A stretch of 57,968 nucleotides of DNA. It comes from an uncultured Actinomycetes bacterium. GTDB taxonomy: Bacteria > Chloroflexota > Dormibacteria > Dormibacterales > Dormibacteraceae. Below, piece by piece: positions 1-8,850 of this stretch. The notes under the pieces were generated by a model that saw only the letters and a program-made list of their open reading frames with translations, did no database searches and was not told where the DNA came from. A program made the translations under genes and the position numbers. The DNA is taken from contig CAZHAC010000001.1 in assembly GCA_964529765.1 (NCBI GenBank), forward strand, positions 1 to 57,968, in the 5' to 3' direction. The stretch's first letter is position 1. Each line of letters starts with the position of its first letter.

Positions 1-48
1 GGCATGGCATTCAAGAGGTCAGGGGTTCGAATCCCCTCGGGTCCACCA
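1..48 (+). tRNA. 3-prime portion of a tRNA-Ala(GGC)-like sequence (anticodon loop to CCA). The window starts inside it, so it may be a displaced att fragment rather than an intact gene
   Basis: Read directly: ATGGCAT (loop with U33, GGC, A37), TCAAG, AGGTC variable loop, AGGGG-TTCGAAT-CCCCT T-arm, CGGGTCC acceptor strand, A73, CCA at 46-48. The acceptor implies G3:U70. The 3 nt before the loop (GGC) pair with TCAAG at only 1 of 3 positions. Confidence 0.6.
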
Positions 49-174
49 TTCCTCTTCTGGTTTAGTCTGTCCTGTATGGGTTTACAGCCCCTAGGCGGTT
101 GACCCCCAATTTGACCCCCTAAACATCCCTTAACCGACCGCGGAGCCTACTTAGCTGAGCCGACCGCCCGGCGC

Positions 175-459
175 TTGCACTGGTGCGGCGTCTATGCCCG
201 CATTTCAGAGGACCGCGATGGAGCGATGGCCAGCGTCCAGCGGCAGCTGGAGGACCTCACCGCCTACGAATCTCTCAAAGGCTGGCCGATAGCCGACCGA
301 TACGCGGCGATCAGTACTTCACGGGCACGTGACGGCTCACGGCTACTTCGACGGCTCGGACACCTGGTGCGGACTTCATTCGGGTTTGTCAGTTCGGTGG
401 CCATCCGCCCACGGTCTCGCGGCAGTCTCCAGTTCCGAACGATCGCACGAGTGCTCTAG
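175..459 (+). pseudogene. Remnant of a serine recombinase (resolvase-type catalytic N-terminus only)
   Basis: The first ~45 codons read CGVYARISEDRDGAMASVQRQLEDLTAYESLKGWPIADRY. This is the Y-x-R-[IV]-S catalytic-serine motif plus the S-x-x-x-Q and GW spacing of resolvase domains. The rest is Arg/Ser-rich filler, with no recombinase or DNA-binding domains. Confidence 0.5.
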
Positions 460-541
460 CCAATTTTGGCCAATTCGGATCCCGATCCAGAGTTGGCAAC
501 GGGACATCGGAGGCCCGAGCTCGGCACAATGCTTGCCTTTG

Positions 542-1783
542 ATGACGCCGCTTACACCGCTCGCCCCCATCCGCGTGCTCGACCTCACTCGTCATATCGC
601 CGGCCCGGTCGCGGTGAACGTGCTCCGCCAGCTCGGCGCGGAGATAATCCGGGTCGAACCGCCCGACGGTAGCGACCCTGGGCGCCGAGGGATCGCGCTC
701 CATTCCGGCGAGCACGCGCCGATGTTCTATGCGCTCCACCGCGGCAAGCGTTCGCTGGCCCTGGATCTAAAGAACCCGGCGGGACGGGCGGTTGTCTTCG
801 ACCTGGCGGCCCGTTGCGACGTCCTTGTCGAGAACCAGCGTCCTGGCGCGCTCGCAGCCTTGGGCCTTGGCGCGCTGGAAGTGCGCGCGCGCAATCCCCG
901 ACTCGTCTACTGCAGCATTTCAGGGTTCGGGGCCACCGGGCCCATGGCGCAGGTCGCTGTAACCGACGGCGGCGTACAAGCCTTCGGAGGCGTGATGTAC
1001 GTCAATGCCGGCCGCGAGACGGGAGCGCCCGGTCCGCTGACCGTGATAAACGTCGCCGACGTTTCGGGCGGCCTCCACGCAGCCCAGGCGATCCTCGCCG
1101 CCCTATATGCAAGGGAACGGACGGGCGAAGGGACCAGCATCGACATGAGCCTCCTGGAACCGCTGCTCCAGATGATGCCCCGGGAGGTCTCCGAGATCTT
1201 CGCTGGCGACCGCCCCTCGACGACCGCGAACATGCGCCCGGTCATCCCACCGCTCGAGTGCGAGGACGGACGCTACGTAGTGGTTCAGCTGCCCTTTCCG
1301 CACCTTCAGGAGCGTTTCCGGAGGCTGGTCGCGGAGAAGGGCCGCAGCCCTGAGATGCTGGAGGACCGTTTCGCCACGCCCGAGGGCCGCGTCCGGGCAT
1401 CCAGCGAGTACGTGGGAATGGTCGTCACCGCCTTCCGGACCCGCCCACAGGCGGACTGGGTGGCCGACCTCCAGGCCCTCGGCATCCCCTCGGGGCCCGT
1501 TAACAACCTGGCCGACGCTCTTGCCAGCGAGCAGCTCGGGGTGCGCGACGGCGTGGTCAGTATCCCAGCGCCGGAGTCTGGACAGCTGAAGGCGCTGGGC
1601 AACCCTTTCCACTTCGACAGTCTCGCCGTCGACCCGGGCACCGAGCCACCACCCTACGTCGGCGAGCACAGCGAGCTGATCCTGCGCGAGGTGCTGGACT
1701 ATGGGCAGGCGGAGATTGCGAGCCTGCGTGCCTCCGGAGCCCTGGGCCAGCCCATGTCGGAGGCGGAGCCTGCCTCGAGCTAG
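542..1783 (+). CDS. Family III (CaiB/BaiF-type) CoA-transferase
   Basis: ORF 329..1783 trimmed to ATG 542. From there, MTPLTPLAPIRVLDLTRHIAGPVAVNVLRQLGAEIIRVEPPDG is the family N-terminus. 413 aa is the usual size, and the upstream 71 codons look like filler. Confidence 0.88.
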   Translation: MTPLTPLAPIRVLDLTRHIAGPVAVNVLRQLGAEIIRVEPPDGSDPGRRGIALHSGEHAPMFYALHRGKRSLALDLKNPAGRAVVFDLAARCDVLVENQRPGALAALGLGALEVRARNPRLVYCSISGFGATGPMAQVAVTDGGVQAFGGVMYVNAGRETGAPGPLTVINVADVSGGLHAAQAILAALYARERTGEGTSIDMSLLEPLLQMMPREVSEIFAGDRPSTTANMRPVIPPLECEDGRYVVVQLPFPHLQERFRRLVAEKGRSPEMLEDRFATPEGRVRASSEYVGMVVTAFRTRPQADWVADLQALGIPSGPVNNLADALASEQLGVRDGVVSIPAPESGQLKALGNPFHFDSLAVDPGTEPPPYVGEHSELILREVLDYGQAEIASLRASGALGQPMSEAEPASS

Positions 1784-2112
1784 AAGGGGGCCATCGCGAT
1801 GGGCGTGACCCGCCCACGCATCGTGCCTTCGGCCACCTGTGGGTCAGCTTCCATGGCGGCCCTCGCCTCGGCCGCGTCGCCGGCTTCCACCACCACGATG
1901 CCAAGGCCGCCCTCCTCGAGAAGCCGGCCTGCGAAAACGAGCCGGCCGGAATTGTGAAGAGCTCGCAAGTGCTCGAGATGGCGCGCCGATACGGCCTTCT
2001 CCGTCTCGGTCGGATCGGTCACGAAGCCTGGCCGGACCGGCTCCAGCAGGTAGGCGAAGAGAGGCACGGGCGGGAAGCTTAAGGCCGACGCACTAATCTT
2101 TCGGATCTGCAT
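1780..2112 (-). CDS. YciI/YCII-domain-like small protein
   Basis: 110-aa frame from ATG 2112 (alternative GTG 2067). [10 protein letters not shown]...[47 protein letters not shown] resembles YCII-domain proteins. High GC3. Confidence 0.6.
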   Translation of the reverse strand: MQIRKISASALSFPPVPLFAYLLEPVRPGFVTDPTETEKAVSARHLEHLRALHNSGRLVFAGRLLEEGGLGIVVVEAGDAAEARAAMEADPQVAEGTMRGRVTPIAMAPF

Positions 2113-3198
2113 TTGGACGTAGAGCGGCAAGGCCCACTGGTTGGGCTCAAGGTGATCGAGTTCGCGGCCATCGGGCCCGTACCCTTCGCGTGCATGCTGC
2201 TCGCCGACCTCGGCGCCGACGTGACCCGCGTGGAGCGACCCGCCGGTACGCGCGGGCTCCGGACCGGCGATGTGAGAGACGTGGTCGGCCGCGGCCGGCG
2301 CTCGGTCATCATCGATCTCCACTCGCCGGACGGCGTGGAGTCCGCGATCGAGCTAACGGCCCGGGCGGACGTTCTCATCGAGGGACTGCGGCCGGGAGTG
2401 ATGGAGCGGCTCGGGTTGGGTCCGGATGTCTGCCTCGCCCGCAACCCCCGCTTGATCTATGGGCGCATGACCGGCTGGGGCCAGGACGGACCACTGGCCG
2501 CCAGAGCCGGCCATGACCTCAACTACCTGGCGGTTGCCGGCGCCCTTCACCCCATGGGCTACTCCGACCGGCCGCCAGCCCCACCACTTAACCTCGTCGC
2601 CGACTACGGCGGGGGCGGCATGCTGCTCGCCTTCGGGGTGATGTCGGCCCTCTACGAGCGGGAGCGTTCGGGTCAGGGCCAGGTCGTCGACGCGGCCATG
2701 GTCGACGGGGTAGCGCTGCTTTCGGCGACCTTCCACTCCTTGCTTGCTATCGGGATGTGGAGCGAACAGCGGGAGGCCAACCTGCTCGACGGCGGAGCTC
2801 ATTTCTACCGTGTCTACGAGTGCGCCGACGGCCGCTTCATTAGCGTGGGTGCGATCGAGCCGCAGTTCTACGCCGAGCTGCTCGACCGCCTCGGGCTGGA
2901 GCCCGAGGAGTGGCCGCAGGACGACCGTGACCGCTGGCCGGAGCTGCGCGAGCGGTTGGCCGCGGTATGGAGGAGCCGGCCGCTGGCCGAGTGGGTCGAT
3001 CTCTTTGCCGGGAGCGACGCCTGCGTGGCGCCCGTCAACCTGCTCGGCGAGGCACCCGACGATCCCCACCTGGCCGCTCGCGGCACATTCGTCGAGCGGT
3101 TCGGGGTCCGCCAGCCAGCCCCGGCGCCCCGCTTCAGCCGCACCCCTGGGGCGATCGCCTCCGAGCCGCCCGCCCCGGTCTCCGAGCCACCCTGTTAG
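2113..3198 (+). CDS. Family III CoA-transferase of the alpha-methylacyl-CoA racemase type
   Basis: [48 protein letters not shown] and [13 protein letters not shown] match racemase-type family III proteins as I remember them. The TTG start at 2113 is provisional. Confidence 0.85.
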   Translation: MDVERQGPLVGLKVIEFAAIGPVPFACMLLADLGADVTRVERPAGTRGLRTGDVRDVVGRGRRSVIIDLHSPDGVESAIELTARADVLIEGLRPGVMERLGLGPDVCLARNPRLIYGRMTGWGQDGPLAARAGHDLNYLAVAGALHPMGYSDRPPAPPLNLVADYGGGGMLLAFGVMSALYERERSGQGQVVDAAMVDGVALLSATFHSLLAIGMWSEQREANLLDGGAHFYRVYECADGRFISVGAIEPQFYAELLDRLGLEPEEWPQDDRDRWPELRERLAAVWRSRPLAEWVDLFAGSDACVAPVNLLGEAPDDPHLAARGTFVERFGVRQPAPAPRFSRTPGAIASEPPAPVSEPPC

Positions 3199-4031
3199 AG
3201 AAGGTCGGCCGGATAGTCGTCGGCGAGCCCGAGCGGAAAACGCGGCGGCCGCTTCTCGAGAAAGGACGTTATGCCCTCGCGCGCGTCTTCCGAGCGCCCG
3301 GTATGCCACATGAGCCGGCTCTCGCGGAGGTGTGCCGGCATCGGGTCGCGCTCGCTCAGACCCCGCCAAAGCATCTCTCGCCCCAGCGCAACCGACACAG
3401 GCGATGTGTTCTCGGCGATCTCGCCCGCCAGCTCGTAAGCCGCAGGCAGGAGCGCGTCTGGGTCGTGGAGGCTCTTGACGAGGCCGCCGGCGAGGGCCTC
3501 TCCGGCGCCGAACACGCGCCCGGTGGCAACCCACTCAAGGGCCTGGGAGACGCCGACGACACGAGGCAAAAACCAGGTCGAACAGCCCTCCGGCACCACA
3601 CCACGGCGGGCGAACACGAAGCCGAACCGGGCGTTGGTCGATGCCAAACGGACGTCCATGGGGAGCGTGAAAGTGGAGCCGAATCCGACCGCAGGCCCGT
3701 TGACGGCGGCGATAACGGGCTTCCGGCAGGCGTGTACGGCGAGGCCGACCCGGCCGCCGCCGTCGCGGTGGTCGGCGATGTCACGCGCTCCGCCGCGCGC
3801 CTCAGGATCGAATCGGCTGGCGCCGGCGCTGAGGTCGGCTCCCGCGCAGAAGGCGCGGCCTCGGCCCGTTACAACGACAGCCCTCACGGCCGGGTCGGCG
3901 TCGGCGCGGCGGAAGGCATCCACCAATTCCTCGATCATGGAGTCGGTGACGGCGTTGAGCCGGTCGGGGCGGTTGAGGGCCAGCGTGAGCACCGCACGCT
4001 CGACGCTGTATTCGATCTCTCGGTAGTCCAC
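3195..4031 (-). CDS. Enoyl-CoA hydratase/isomerase (crotonase fold)
   Basis: [31 protein letters not shown] and [11 protein letters not shown] are both oxyanion-hole segments. GTG start at 4031. Confidence 0.9.
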   Translation of the reverse strand: MDYREIEYSVERAVLTLALNRPDRLNAVTDSMIEELVDAFRRADADPAVRAVVVTGRGRAFCAGADLSAGASRFDPEARGGARDIADHRDGGGRVGLAVHACRKPVIAAVNGPAVGFGSTFTLPMDVRLASTNARFGFVFARRGVVPEGCSTWFLPRVVGVSQALEWVATGRVFGAGEALAGGLVKSLHDPDALLPAAYELAGEIAENTSPVSVALGREMLWRGLSERDPMPAHLRESRLMWHTGRSEDAREGITSFLEKRPPRFPLGLADDYPADLL

Positions 4032-4083
4032 GTTTCGTCTCGACCTCCTCGCGGCCGAGGGGCCGCCACATCCTCGTGCTAGG

Positions 4084-4101
4084 TTACTGACTCGTTAGTA
4101 A
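4084..4101. promoter_or_regulatory. Operator-like imperfect inverted repeat, site 1 (TTACTGAC-TC-GTTAGTAA)
   Basis: AT-rich 18-mer in the 100-bp divergent gap between 4031(-) and 4132(+). The 22-mer is 20/22 identical to 8833-8854. The embedded TAAGAT (4099-4104) is a -10-like hexamer. Confidence 0.6.
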
Positions 4102-4131
4102 GATGGCGGCCACGTTGCGGGAGCGAAGATC

Positions 4132-5265
4132 ATGACCAGAGAGCACCCCTGGCGGCTCATCGACGCCGACGACCTGCCCTACCACCAGCACCCGCTGCCC
4201 TTTGAGATCCCGGCCAGCTCCGACTCCCACTTCAACGACGGCTACTACTTCGCCGCTCTCCATGAGGACTGGTACGTCGTCTTCGGTCTTCGGCTGCATC
4301 CCAACAACAACGTCATCGACGGCTTCGCCGCCACCGTGCATGGCAGCGAGCAGCGGACGCTGCGAGCGTCCCGAGCGCTCCGGCCACGAGTGGGTGAGCT
4401 GACGGCCGGCCCGCTTCGACTCCAGCTGCTGACGCCGATGCAAGTCCAGCGAGTCGTGGTCGAACCTAACGAGTCGGGAATCGAGCTCGATCTCACCTTC
4501 ACGGCCGCCGCCGAGCCCTTTCTGGAACAGCCCCACGTGGAGTACCGGCACGGCCGGCTGGTCAGTGACGTTCTCCGCTACGACCAGGTCTGCCGCGTGC
4601 AGGGCTTCGTCAGCATCGACGGCGAACCGACAACCGTGACCGGATGGCACGGGATTCGCGACCACTCCTGGGGCATCCGGAGCAGCTTCGGCCCCCATAC
4701 TCCGGTACAGGGTGTCGAGCCCCAGCGATCGCACTTCGAGCGCCGGGCGATGCGTATCTGGCTGCCCTTCTTGGTTGAGGGTGAGGCGGGCTATCTCTCC
4801 TTGCACGAGGACTCGGAGGGCGCGCTCCTCGATCTCGAGGGCCGGCTCGACCTCGCCGATGGCAGCTCGGTAGGAATCCGCGACCTGCATCACCGGATCG
4901 AGTACGAGCCGGGCACCCGCTGGCCTGCGCGCGGCGAACTGATTTTTCTGGATGAGCGCGGCCGCGAGCATCCGTACACGTTCGAGCGGGTGGCCGGCCC
5001 CTGCTTCGGGCAGGCCTTCGGGTACGCGCGCGGCTGGCGCGACGGCCAGCCGCCCGGCGTCTACCGCGGGGCCGACGTGCTGGAGACCGATCGCATCCGG
5101 ATCTCTTCGAAAGAGCCGCTGGCGGGGCCGGAACACGTCCCAGAGAAGCGCCGGATCGGCGCCAACGAGTTCCCGATCCGCCTCACCAGCGCCGGTGGCG
5201 GCATCGGAATGGGCAACCTCGAGCACCTCTTCTTCGGCCCCTATCACCCCGCGGGTTTCCAATGA
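4132..5265 (+). CDS. Conserved-looking protein of unknown function (377 aa)
   Basis: Long high-GC3 ORF whose stop overlaps the next start (ATGA 5262-5265). Motifs HFNDGYYF and GWHGIRDHSWG. I cannot assign a family from memory. Confidence 0.8.
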   Translation: MTREHPWRLIDADDLPYHQHPLPFEIPASSDSHFNDGYYFAALHEDWYVVFGLRLHPNNNVIDGFAATVHGSEQRTLRASRALRPRVGELTAGPLRLQLLTPMQVQRVVVEPNESGIELDLTFTAAAEPFLEQPHVEYRHGRLVSDVLRYDQVCRVQGFVSIDGEPTTVTGWHGIRDHSWGIRSSFGPHTPVQGVEPQRSHFERRAMRIWLPFLVEGEAGYLSLHEDSEGALLDLEGRLDLADGSSVGIRDLHHRIEYEPGTRWPARGELIFLDERGREHPYTFERVAGPCFGQAFGYARGWRDGQPPGVYRGADVLETDRIRISSKEPLAGPEHVPEKRRIGANEFPIRLTSAGGGIGMGNLEHLFFGPYHPAGFQ

Positions 5266-6293
5266 CCGCCGACGCCGGCCTGGCCGGGCGCGAGCGGCTG
5301 GCGGACTGGCTGGCGCCCCGGCTGGGCGGCGGGCAAGGGGAGGTCTGGATCGAGGACGTCCGCCGCCGCTCCGAGGGCTTCTCCTGGCTCACCTATACCT
5401 TCACCGCCACCTTTGCCGGCGAAGACGGCCGGCGTGGGCGGCGGCGCCTGGCGTTGCGCCTGCAGCCGGCCGACGGCTTGCTCGCCCCTTATGACGCCGT
5501 CCGCCAGTTCGAGATCCAGCGGGCAGTGGCCGCCAGCGGGCTGGTGCCAGTTGCGGAGCCGCTGTGGCTGGAGCCCGACGCCAAGCTGCTGGGTGCGCCT
5601 TTCTACGTGATGGAGGCGGTGAGCGGGATGGTTCCGGTGCCGGGGGAACGGGCACCCTTCGAACCCAGCCGGCGAGAGACGGTGGGCAGACGGCTGGCGG
5701 GCATCATCGCCAGCCTCCACAAGCGCCCGCTCGAGGAGTGGGCGCTGGGCTTCGAAACCCCACCGGCAGCCGCTTATCCCGCTCACGCCCTCGACCGCTG
5801 GGAGGAGTTCTACGAGGATTCGACTCTGATCGAGGTACCGGCGATGCGGGCCGCTTTCGCCTGGATGCGCCGCCATCCGCCGGCGACTGAGCGCCTGGTC
5901 TTCTGCCACGGCGACTACCGCTACGGAAACCTGATGTTTTCCGGCGCCCGGGTCGTTGCGGTCTTCGACTGGGAGCTCGCCCATGCCGGCGACCCTCTGG
6001 AGGACCTCGGCTGGACGCTGCTTCCGGCGCTGCGCACTGACCCAGCGCTGATCGCCGAGACGGTGGCACCCGCCGAATTCCTCCGCCTCTACAGCGAGCA
6101 GGGCGGGATCGCCATCGATGCCACGGCGCTCCGCTTCTGGTCGATCCTCGCCCACGTCAAGGGCGCTGCCATCTACCTGCGCGGCGTCAAAGCGTTCGAG
6201 CGGGGCCGTGTTGGCGACCTCCGGATGGGTGCCCTCGGCCACCGATACCTCTATTTGATCCGCTCCCTGACCGCGGAGCTGGAGGCGGCGTGA
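5262..6293 (+). CDS. APH/choline-kinase-fold phosphotransferase
   Basis: FCHGDYRYGNLMF (catalytic loop H-x-D-x-x-x-x-N) and VFDWELAHAGDPLEDLG (metal-binding D). Translationally coupled on both sides. Confidence 0.85.
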   Translation: MTADAGLAGRERLADWLAPRLGGGQGEVWIEDVRRRSEGFSWLTYTFTATFAGEDGRRGRRRLALRLQPADGLLAPYDAVRQFEIQRAVAASGLVPVAEPLWLEPDAKLLGAPFYVMEAVSGMVPVPGERAPFEPSRRETVGRRLAGIIASLHKRPLEEWALGFETPPAAAYPAHALDRWEEFYEDSTLIEVPAMRAAFAWMRRHPPATERLVFCHGDYRYGNLMFSGARVVAVFDWELAHAGDPLEDLGWTLLPALRTDPALIAETVAPAEFLRLYSEQGGIAIDATALRFWSILAHVKGAAIYLRGVKAFERGRVGDLRMGALGHRYLYLIRSLTAELEAA

Positions 6294-6769
6294 TCCAGAA
6301 CTCGCTCGACGTGCTCTTCGACGGGATGCTGCGAACCCTGCAGGAGGTGGCTCCGCTAGTCCGTGACGACTACGCCCGCGGGCAGCTGGAGGCGGCGGCC
6401 GACATCCTGGCCAATCTGGCCGAGCGGGTGGACTGGCGCGAGGCCGAGCTGCGGGAGACGATTCGGCGCGCGCGGGCGATTCTCGCCGCGGCGGTGGCGG
6501 AAGCCCCAGACGCGGCCGAGCTCGCAGCAGCCCGCGACTGCCTGGCCCAGCCGCGCCCGAGCACCGGTGGGCTGACCGCCACTCGCGACCTTCACCTCCG
6601 CGCGCTGGCCGGGGTCCAGCGCTACGCCGGCGAGACCGACTCGGCGGGCCTCCAGCGCCGCCTCGATCGGTTCCTTAAGTGGCAGCTGGAAACCGAGACC
6701 GTCCTCCTCCGCCGGGCGCGCGCCCGCGCCCGCCGGACGTCGCCGGCCCACCAAGCCAAAGGAGGCTGA
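6290..6769 (+). CDS. Small Ala/Arg/Glu-rich, probably all-helical protein of unknown function (159 aa)
   Basis: GTGA overlap with the kinase stop, consistent high GC3 and no low-complexity collapse. The thiolase follows after 7 nt. Confidence 0.6.
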   Translation: MIQNSLDVLFDGMLRTLQEVAPLVRDDYARGQLEAAADILANLAERVDWREAELRETIRRARAILAAAVAEAPDAAELAAARDCLAQPRPSTGGLTATRDLHLRALAGVQRYAGETDSAGLQRRLDRFLKWQLETETVLLRRARARARRTSPAHQAKGG

Positions 6770-6776
6770 GACCCAG

Positions 6777-7985
6777 ATGGCAGTAGCTTCAGAAGCGGTG
6801 ATCGTCGACGTGCTGCGCACGCCGGTCGGGCGGGGGAAACCGGAGGGCGGTTGGCTTGCCGAGATGCATCCCGCCGATCTCCTCGCCGAGACGCTGAAGG
6901 GGATTCTCGAGCGCAACGGAGTGGACGCGAGCGAGATCGACGACGTGATCGCCGGCTGCGGAATGCAGGTCGGCGAGCAGTCGGTCAACATCGCCCGCAA
7001 CGCCGTTCTCGGCGCGGGATTTCCGGAGCACGTCCCAGGCACCACCCTGGACCGGCAGTGCGGGTCGTCGCAGCAAGCTGCCCACTTCGCCGCCCAGGGC
7101 GTTATGGCGGGGGTCTATGACGCGGTCATCGCCTGCGGCGTCGAGATGATGAGCGTGATTCCGATGGGGACCTCGACGCTCGGCCGGAACCCCTACGGGC
7201 GAAAGCTCGCCGATCGCTATCCAGAGGGCCTCGTGCACCAGGGCATCTCCGCCGAACTGATCGCTGCTCGCTGGGACATCGAACGCGCGCAGATGGACGC
7301 TTTCTCGGCGGAGTCGCATCAGCGGGCAGCCGTCGCCACACGGGCTGGGAACTTCGAGAACGAGATCCTTCCCGTAGCCGTGGGTGGGGCCGACGGGGAG
7401 CGGATGGTCAGTCAGGACCAGGGAATCCGCCCCGACACCACTGCGGAGGCCCTGGCCGCCCTCAAGCCGGCCTTCTATAGCGAGCGCCTGGCGAGCCGGT
7501 TTCCGGAGATCAAATGGACGATCACCGCCGGCAACTCATCGCAGATCTCGGACGGCGCCTCGGCCGCCCTGATCATGTCGCGCCAAAAGGCGGCGGCCCT
7601 CGGGCTCAAGCCCCGGGCCCGGTTCGTCGAGTTCGCGGTCACCGGCGACGACCCGATCCTGATGCTCACCGGCGTCATCCCAGCGACCCGGAAAGTCCTC
7701 GACCGCGCCGGCCTCGGCGCCGGCGACATCGACGTGTTCGAGGTCAACGAGGCGTTCGCGCCCGTAGTGCTGGCCTGGCAGCGGGAGATCGGCTGCAACC
7801 TCGATCGGGTCAACGTGAACGGCGGCGCGATCGCGCTTGGGCACCCCATCGGCGCATCGGGCACCCGCCTGCTGGCCACTCTCGTCAACGTCCTCGAGCA
7901 GCGAGGCGGCCGCTACGGCCTGCAGACCATGTGCGAAGGCGGCGGCATGGCCAACGCGACCATCATCGAACGCCTCGAGGCCTGA
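6777..7985 (+). CDS. Acetyl-CoA C-acyltransferase (thiolase)
   Basis: DRQCGSSQQA nucleophile region, with NVNGGAIALGHPIGASG and CEGGGMANA C-terminal thiolase signatures. 402 aa. Confidence 0.93.
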   Translation: MAVASEAVIVDVLRTPVGRGKPEGGWLAEMHPADLLAETLKGILERNGVDASEIDDVIAGCGMQVGEQSVNIARNAVLGAGFPEHVPGTTLDRQCGSSQQAAHFAAQGVMAGVYDAVIACGVEMMSVIPMGTSTLGRNPYGRKLADRYPEGLVHQGISAELIAARWDIERAQMDAFSAESHQRAAVATRAGNFENEILPVAVGGADGERMVSQDQGIRPDTTAEALAALKPAFYSERLASRFPEIKWTITAGNSSQISDGASAALIMSRQKAAALGLKPRARFVEFAVTGDDPILMLTGVIPATRKVLDRAGLGAGDIDVFEVNEAFAPVVLAWQREIGCNLDRVNVNGGAIALGHPIGASGTRLLATLVNVLEQRGGRYGLQTMCEGGGMANATIIERLEA

Positions 7986-7988
7986 GCG

Positions 7989-8789
7989 ATGGCGGTCGAG
8001 ACCAGCTTCGAGACGATTCGCTTCGACCTGGACGCCGGCGTAGCACGCGTCGTGCTCGACCGCGGCGACGGCATGAACGCCCTCAGCCACACCCTGGCTC
8101 GGGAGCTCATGGAGGTGGCCGCCTTTTGCGACGGCCACCCAGAGGTCCGCGCCGTGCTCCTGCTCGGAAATGGAAGGAACTTTTGCGTGGGCGGCGACCT
8201 CAAGAGCTTTGCCGCGGCCGGCGACAACCTCTACAGCCACCTCAAGGAGAGGACCACCTTCTTCAGCTCGGCGATGTCGCGCCTGGCCCGTGGGCGGGCC
8301 CCCGTCGTCTCCGGCGTGCACGGCTTCGTGGTCGGCGGCGGATTGATTCTGGGCGCGATCGCCGACATCGTCCTCGCCGCTCGCTCGGCCACGTTCTCGG
8401 TTGGCTTCACTCGCTTGGGCTTGACCCCGGACGGAGGCACCACTTACCTGCTGCCGAGGCTGGTCGGCTTGCGCCGGGCTCTCGACCTGACGCTGAGCAG
8501 CCGGCCGTTCGACGCCGAGGAGGCGCTGGCGATGGGTCTCATCACCCGCATCGTCGACGACGATCGCCTGGCCGCCGAGGCTGAGGCCGAGGCTCGGCGC
8601 CTGGCGGAGGGGCCCACGCTCGCCTTCGGGGCGGCGCGAGGCTTGCTCCGCGCTGCCTTCGAGCAGTCCTTCGAGACGCAGCTGGAGCTCGAGAACCGTG
8701 CAATCGCTGATGCAGCACGGACGGCTGATGGGCGCGAGGGTGTGGCGGCCTTCATCGAGCGCCGGCAGCCGCAGTACCGCGGGCGCTGA
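7989..8789 (+). CDS. Enoyl-CoA hydratase/isomerase (crotonase fold)
   Basis: VLLLGNGRNFCVGGDLKS and GVHGFVVGGG. 266 aa. Confidence 0.88.
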   Translation: MAVETSFETIRFDLDAGVARVVLDRGDGMNALSHTLARELMEVAAFCDGHPEVRAVLLLGNGRNFCVGGDLKSFAAAGDNLYSHLKERTTFFSSAMSRLARGRAPVVSGVHGFVVGGGLILGAIADIVLAARSATFSVGFTRLGLTPDGGTTYLLPRLVGLRRALDLTLSSRPFDAEEALAMGLITRIVDDDRLAAEAEAEARRLAEGPTLAFGAARGLLRAAFEQSFETQLELENRAIADAARTADGREGVAAFIERRQPQYRGR

Positions 8790-8832
8790 GCGGCCGAAAG
8801 ATTGCTTGACCACCTCTCCGGACCTCGATAAC

Positions 8833-8850
8833 CTACTGACGCGTTAGTAA
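8833..8850. promoter_or_regulatory. Operator-like inverted repeat, site 2 (CTACTGAC-GC-GTTAGTAA), with a candidate promoter
   Basis: Near-identical copy of site 1. TTGACC at 8806-8811 and TAACCT at 8829-8834 (17-nt spacer) make a plausible -35/-10 that overlaps the repeat. About 95 nt upstream of the SBP start. Confidence 0.6.

Noticed and set aside
1-48. Possibility that the left-edge RNA is the 3-prime end of tmRNA (Ala-type acceptor, common island target).
   Set aside because: The segment before the T-arm has a tRNA-like AGGTC variable loop and a GGC anticodon-loop context. The inferred 5-prime acceptor would start GGGC/GGAC rather than the GGGG usual for tmRNA. This cannot be fully excluded without upstream sequence.
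459-480. GCCAATT direct repeat and TTGGCCAA palindrome upstream of the first CoA-transferase gene.
   Set aside because: It is very short and occurs once. It lies inside the decayed recombinase ORF region, and I saw no partner site.
1780-1783. Convergent genes sharing overlapping stop codons (CTAG), and likewise only 3 nt between convergent stops at 23889/23893.
   Set aside because: Compact convergent ends are common in dense high-GC genomes. No additional structure was seen.
2110-2115. Divergent YciI-like (ATG 2112) and racemase-type (TTG 2113) genes with zero intergenic distance.
   Set aside because: This is probably a start-codon assignment problem; alternatives are GTG 2067 for the minus gene and downstream starts for the plus gene. 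It is noted only as an annotation caveat, not as an unusual regulatory architecture.
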